A stretch of 25,996 nucleotides of DNA from positions 1 to 25,996 of the forward strand of contig CAWCBP010000007.1 of NCBI GenBank assembly GCA_963793865.1. The letters run 5' to 3'. Positions 21,382 through 25,996 of this stretch are shown in pieces (the stretch's first letter is position 1; every line of letters starts with the position of its first letter). The position numbers were made by a program, and so were the translations under genes. This stretch comes from an uncultured delta proteobacterium. Lineage in GTDB: Bacteria; Desulfobacterota; WTBG01. The notes under the pieces were generated by a model that ran no database searches, was not told the DNA's origin, and saw only the letters and a list, made by a program, of their open reading frames with translations.

Positions 21382-22045
21382 TCATCCCCCCAGTGCTATG
21401 GTGATAGCCACCAGCACACAGCCGACAATGACCATTGCAAGGCCCATGTGCCAGGGCCGATGTCCGCCATAGTGTCCCAGCCGGTAACCGCACAGAAAAA
21501 GCATGACGATTGCGATGGCGTTGGAGATGCGCAGGGCCCGCAGCGCATTGTGCATGAAGATGAAGGGAATGACCACGGGAAAGGTTGACAGGAAAACAAT
21601 TAAGAATACGCCCGCCGCACCAAGGAAATCCTGCTTATCCAGACGCGGCCGGGCAGGCGGTTCGGGTAACCGACTCAGCCGCTGCCGGAGGGACTCTATC
21701 TCGCCTCCCTGCAGGACGGAAGTGACCGGCCCCGGTAATGCCTCGGCGATGATGCGCTGCGCCGCCTCCGGGTTTTTGGCCGCACGCACTGCCCGCAGTT
21801 TCAGGATGCCTTGACCGCGCTCGGTAAGAGTTATTGATGAGATACATGAATGCATCAACGATTCCCCAGGCCAGATTGCAGCCGATGGCCCCGAACAACA
21901 TGGTGCGGGTTTCCTCGCGCCCGGCCGTGGCGGCGCTGAGCGATCCGGTAAAGGTGAGCACCATGATCAGGCCAAAGAGCAGCTCCGAGATTCGTTCGAC
22001 TGGATCCAGTAACGATTTGCGCTGTCGGGATGTTTCTTCCGGCAT
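21382..22045 (-). CDS. VIT1/CCC1-like membrane protein (+1 frameshift near 21832)
   Basis: LDPVERISELLFGLIMVLTFT...GCNLAWGIVDAFMYL continues into STFPVVIPFIF...ITIALGG after removing one base; about 5 TM helices. Confidence 0.7.
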
Positions 22046-22061
22046 AACCTGTCTGCGTCTG

Positions 22062-22680
22062 TTAATGGGTAGCTTCAGGCATGAAGTAAAAGAGGAGTGC
22101 CATGATCACATAAACGGTGATGAGCTGCACGCCTTTGTACCAGTTGGCATGACCGTCCCCGGAGACCATGGTGCCAATGATAATGGCAAGGAACATGCAG
22201 CCAATTTCTGCGCGTCCGAAGGCAAGGGTGAATGGATGGGGAGCCACCGCAAAGCTTGCCAGAACCAGGAGCGGCGCTATGAAGAGGGTTATCTGGATGC
22301 AGCTCCCCAGCGCAATGCCGACCGTGAGATCAACCTTGTTCTTGCGGGCCATGGCAATTGCCGAGCCGCTCTCAGCCGCCCCGCCGACGATTGCAAGAAA
22401 GATAAGACCGATAAAAGCCTGAGACATGCCGAGGGCCTCACCCGTGCCTTCCGCTGCGCCGACCAGTATCTCGCTCATCCATGCCGCCAGCACGGAAGCA
22501 CCAAGCAGGCTGCCGACTGCCCGGGGAAGTCCCCAGGGCGCCCCTTCGCCGTGGTGATGCTCGCCACCGCCTGAACTGGCAAAGAATTCCGGGTGGGTTT
22601 TCAGCATAAATACCAGATAGAGCAGGTAGACCAGCAGCAGGACAACCGCCAGGCCTATGTTCAGGTAGAACTCCTCCAGC
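22062..22680 (-). CDS. Ca2+/H+ antiporter (ChaA/CAX family), C-terminal half only
   Basis: YLVFMLKTH, SEILVG, FIGLIFLAIVGGAAE, IALGSCIQITLF and DGHANWYKGVQL. The N-terminal repeat is absent and replaced by unrelated high-GC DNA. Confidence 0.85.
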
Positions 22681-22785
22681 AGCGCCGCTTGCCCCTCCGC
22701 GACGGGGCCCGTAACGTTGACGCCGAGACGTGCCACGGCGGTCCGTCCCGACGCATGCCCTGCCCGGCGACCACGAGGGCCGACG

Positions 22786-23938
22786 ATGCCGATCTGTGAA
22801 CAGTGCGGGACCGGACTTCCGGTGGGACACAAGTTCTGCCACGAGTGCGGACGCCCGGTCGGGGAGGCCCGGCCGCCGGTTTACGTCGACACGTCGGCCG
22901 CGCCCGCCGCGCCCGCCGCGCCAGCCGCGCCCGCCGCGCCGGGTCCGCCCGATGACGTGACGGGCGGCGGCTGGGAGGTCGCCGGTCCGCGGCTTCGCAG
23001 TGGGGTCCGCCGCCGCACACCCGAACGCGGGCCAGGTGCCGCCCTACGACGCGCCGCCCGGCTGGTCACCCGCACCGGCTGTCTCGGCGCAGTGGACGGC
23101 CGGCGCACCCGGCGGCTTCGCCGCCGCCACGCCGGCCGCACGTGTCCCCGAGGGATGGGGCAAGCGCACGCTGGCCGCGGTCATCGACGCGGCCATCACT
23201 TTCATTCTGTTCGTCGTCGCTGCTGCAGTCTGGATGATCGCCAGCGGGCGCATCGACGCCGAGGGCCAGCTGACGACGTCGAGCGGCGACCCGCTCAATC
23301 CCGCCGGTCTCTCGTTCGGTGAGCAGATGCTGCTCACGCTCGCCCTCGTGGCGGGCTTCTACCTGATCCAGGTCGTCGAAGAAGCCATCTTCTCGACGAC
23401 CCTCGGCAAGCTGATCTTCGGACTGCGCGTGGTCGGGTACGACGGAAGCCGCTGCGGTCTCGGGCGCGCGCTGGTCCGCAACCTCGTCAAGGCGCCCGCG
23501 ATCTCGCTGAGCTTCCTCTTCGCGCCGGCTGCGTTCCTGCTCTTCCTCGGACCGGTGCTCGGCGACAGGGAGCGTCGCCGGAGCGCCGGCGACCGCATGG
23601 CTCACACCATGGTCGTCAGGCGGGTGAAGACGCCGCCGGTGCCGCCGTACGGATGGGGAAGCCCTCCGCCCGGTCCGGGCGCGAGTGGCCCGCCGTCGTA
23701 CGGCGGCTGGCAGGCTGGGCCGCCGGCTCCTCCGTACGGCGGCCCTCAGGAGTCTGTCGCGGACTCGCCCCCCGTCGCGTCGACGGACTACACCCCGCCG
23801 ACGACGCCGGCGGATGACGCACCCACAGCCTCACCTGCTGACGATACGAGTGCTCCGTCGCCTGCCGACGATGACCTCCCGGCCTCACCTGCCGACGATG
23901 CGTCCTCGGTAGACGGGAGGCCCGGCGGACCCGACTGA
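22786..23938 (+). CDS. Zinc-ribbon plus RDD-family membrane protein (net +1 frameshift in the Pro/Ala linker)
   Basis: MPICEQCG...FCHECG zinc ribbon; RDD motifs KRTLAAVID, TLGKLIFGLRVV, RALVRN and GDRMAHTMVV; Pro-rich/acidic tail. Confidence 0.8.
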
Positions 23939-23962
23939 ACGAGGGTCTTCCGGCGGGACCAG

Positions 23963-24017
23963 TGTCGGAGGGAGTGGGGTCCGAACCCGCGAACGGCGTG
24001 CACCGTTGCCGGTGCTC
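23963..24017 (-). repeat. Degenerate copy of the tRNA-Ser 3' half (att-like direct repeat)
   Basis: 47/55 identical, gap-free, to 25942-25996 in the same orientation. Confidence 0.85.
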
Positions 24018-24211
24018 TTCTGCCCCAGCCGGGCACGGCCTTGCAGCGTCCAGCCCATCTCGGCAGGCCGAACTGGGCAGGAATCGCGGCGGCTCGGCCT
24101 CGTGCCTGGTCCGCGTCACCTCCTCAAGCCTTCCCCCGGAGCGGCCGACACTAGGAGTAGAACGCCGAGGGATCGGGTGCCGCCGCGTGCCCGACCCCGT
24201 TGGGAGGATCA

Positions 24212-24527
24212 GTGAAGCGTCAGGACTACAGGAGTATCGACGCGGCCGCGGCCGCCGCGCGTCTCGGCATCTCCGAGGCCGAGATCGAGCGCCTCATCGA
24301 GCGTGGCGAGGTGCCGGCGGTGAAGGTCATGGGCGATCCTCGCTGGCTCGATCCTGATCACCGACGTCGAGAGGATGGCGCGGCAGGCCAGGACGACGAC
24401 AAGGCCGCCCCTGGCAAAGGGTCGGGGCGAAGGCTGCGACCCTGGCCGTGGCATGGAGCCCGTTGTGGGCGATGGTCGAGGCGTACCATCAGCGCCGAGG
24501 ACGCTGAAGGACGCAGGGATCCTCTAG
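24212..24527 (+). CDS. Small helix-turn-helix DNA-binding protein (excisionase/HTH_17-like), frameshifted near 24350
   Basis: GGAGG RBS plus GTG; IDAAAAAARLGISEAEIERLIERGEVPAVKV...RWL-ILITDVERM fits the HTH_17 pattern. The 3' end is uncertain. Confidence 0.55.
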
Positions 24528-24888
24528 GCGACCTTGGGATTCTCACCGTACTCGTTGCTGCCCGGCTGGCTGTCCAGCACCATGAAGACAAGCAGGACGA
24601 TCCAGCCGACGAACGGCACGAGGATGATGAGGAACCACCAGCCCGACCGGCCGGTGTCGTGGAGCCTTCTCACCGCTACCGCCAGCGAGGGGAGAAACAC
24701 CGCCAGGTAGTACACGCTCTGGAGCACACCGCTGCCCCTCCCGTAGTCCGTGCCGATGAGATTGTCGACCAGCACCAGAACCCACGCGATGAGAAGTTGA
24801 AGAGCGCGAACATCCAGTATTCTCTTGCGCCGTGCCCGGCCGCGCGAACACCGCGTACTTCTTCAGACACGTCAAGGTACCAGTGCAT
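24524..24888 (-). CDS. DUF805 (YhaH-like) membrane protein with several indels
   Basis: Reconstructed MHWYLDVLKKYAVF.GRARRKEYWMF...LPSLAVAVRRLHDTGRSGWW...DSQPGSNEYGENPK; GGAGG RBS. Confidence 0.85.
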
Positions 24889-25120
24889 GAGATCCTCCAT
24901 CGTCGTGGCCTCGGTCAAGAGTTCGACGCCGGTGCGGACTGTCCCCTGGCGCACAGGAACGAGCGGGTGATCCAGTGCGCAGCAGCCCCCTGGTAAGTGC
25001 CCCGGGCGACCACGCGCCGAAACGCCGGAAGACGGTCGCCCCCTCGCGCGTTCCCCAGCCCAATACGTGAGGCGTCGCCGTCTGGGAGATAGGGTTGGCG
25101 GCGTCCATGTGAGGAGGGGC

Positions 25121-25537
25121 ATGGTGTCCAGACACCCGCGTTTCCGCCGATATGTCTCGGTTGTGGCAGTCATGGCTGCGGCGATGGCTGCGGTCGCTGC
25201 GTGCGGGACACCCGTGGCGTCGCCAGAGCATCTCGGCCAATGGTCCGGGGTGCGGCAGTACGACACCGTTGCAGTGACCATCGCGGTCACGGGAACGCCG
25301 GACCACTACTCCGCGCACGTCGAGTCCAGGACGAAGGGCTTCTCCTACAACTGGCACGGAGGGCAGGCCGACGTCGACGGAAACGTGGTCTTCGACACCA
25401 TCACCCTGGGATACGAAGGTACTCAGCTCACCAATGAGCTCGACCTGACTCTCGGCCCCGTCTCCGCTGACACGATGACGGCCACCTTCAACACCACCGA
25501 CGTCCCCACCCAAGCCGTGGAGATGAAGCGGTTGTAG
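25121..25537 (+). CDS. Hypothetical lipoprotein
   Basis: GAGGAGG RBS; basic N-region, hydrophobic stretch and lipobox VAA-C; high-GC third codon positions. Confidence 0.7.
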   Translation: MVSRHPRFRRYVSVVAVMAAAMAAVAACGTPVASPEHLGQWSGVRQYDTVAVTIAVTGTPDHYSAHVESRTKGFSYNWHGGQADVDGNVVFDTITLGYEGTQLTNELDLTLGPVSADTMTATFNTTDVPTQAVEMKRL

Positions 25538-25941
25538 CGCCGTCTCCGATACGGTGGCCGGTCGGCTTCGGGAGGGGCAGCCAGATCGCCCGACGCACAC
25601 AAGGCGACGCCCGCCGCGGTCACTTGGGAGATTGCTGACAAGCCAGCCGTGCTAGACGTGCCTGCCTTGTCGCGTCTCGGCGTGTCACACCAGACTCGAC
25701 CCTGCCTCTCGGGCAGACATCCTGTCTGGCGTGCCACGCTTCTCAAGCCAAGTGCCCACGACGGGCATGTCCATACCATGCCCCCTAAGCAGATCCTGTG
25801 ACCGTTGTCCGTTTCCGCTGGTCGGCGGCGCAGAGGGTGTAGCACAGGTACCGAAGCCGCGTCCGGGAGTGTCACGCACCTCCCGGAGCCATAGTGGAAA
25901 GGATGTACCGGAACAGCACAAACACAAAACCCATGCAAGAC

Positions 25942-25996
25942 TGGCGGAGGGGGTGGGATTCGAACCCACGAACGGCTTGCACCGTTGCCGGTTTTC
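25942..25996 (-). tRNA. tRNA-Ser (NGA anticodon), 3' part; 5' part lies outside the window
   Basis: The minus strand reads GAAAACCGG, long variable arm (CAACGGTGCAAGCCGTT), CGTGGGTTCGAATCCCAC, CCCCTCCG-CCA. Confidence 0.9.

Noticed and set aside
22681..22832. N-terminal part of the 256-aa antiporter ORF
   Set aside because: Read-through into unrelated high-GC DNA past the junction; it does not resemble a CAX N-terminus and overlaps the RDD gene start.
23790..23900. Possible CRISPR-like array of short repeats
   Set aside because: Units are in-frame, degenerate ~27-nt coding repeats without unique spacers; no cas genes.
25540..25940. Integrase remnant or ncRNA next to tRNA-Ser
   Set aside because: Only a hairpin (TCCGGGAG...CTCCCGGA, ~25862-25887) is visible; I could not read tyrosine-recombinase motifs in any frame.

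Overview
The window has two compositionally different parts. Bases 1 to ~22.67 kb (moderate GC) look like a Gram-negative anaerobe chromosome, probably deltaproteobacterial/Desulfobacterota-like (inferred from gene content). On the minus strand are dacA-kdsB-pyrG. On the plus strand are a TolC-family outer-membrane channel, a lipoprotein and a secreted protein with a sigma54-type promoter. A long minus-strand run follows: truncated Ca2+/H+ antiporter, VIT1-like protein, 4Fe-4S protein, aldehyde:ferredoxin oxidoreductase, class II FBP aldolase, glycogen phosphorylase, LolA-like protein and the hypABFCDE [NiFe]-hydrogenase maturation operon. The hyp operon is bracketed by a ~274-bp gap-free diverged direct repeat (offset 6013 bp) made of the LolA-like gene 3' end plus its downstream region, suggesting integrase-free capture of the operon. 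Two MITE-like elements, a REP-like palindrome and a candidate leader-peptide attenuator lie in intergenic regions. From ~22.7 kb to the end the DNA is much more GC-rich (actinobacterial-like). It holds a zinc-ribbon/RDD gene, then a ~1.9-kb islet (HTH protein, DUF805 protein, lipoprotein) between a tRNA-Ser gene and a degenerate copy of its 3' half. The junction cuts the antiporter gene, and single-base frameshifts accumulate from 13.4 kb onward, so a chimeric or low-coverage long-read assembly is likely. I see no clear novel multi-gene system.
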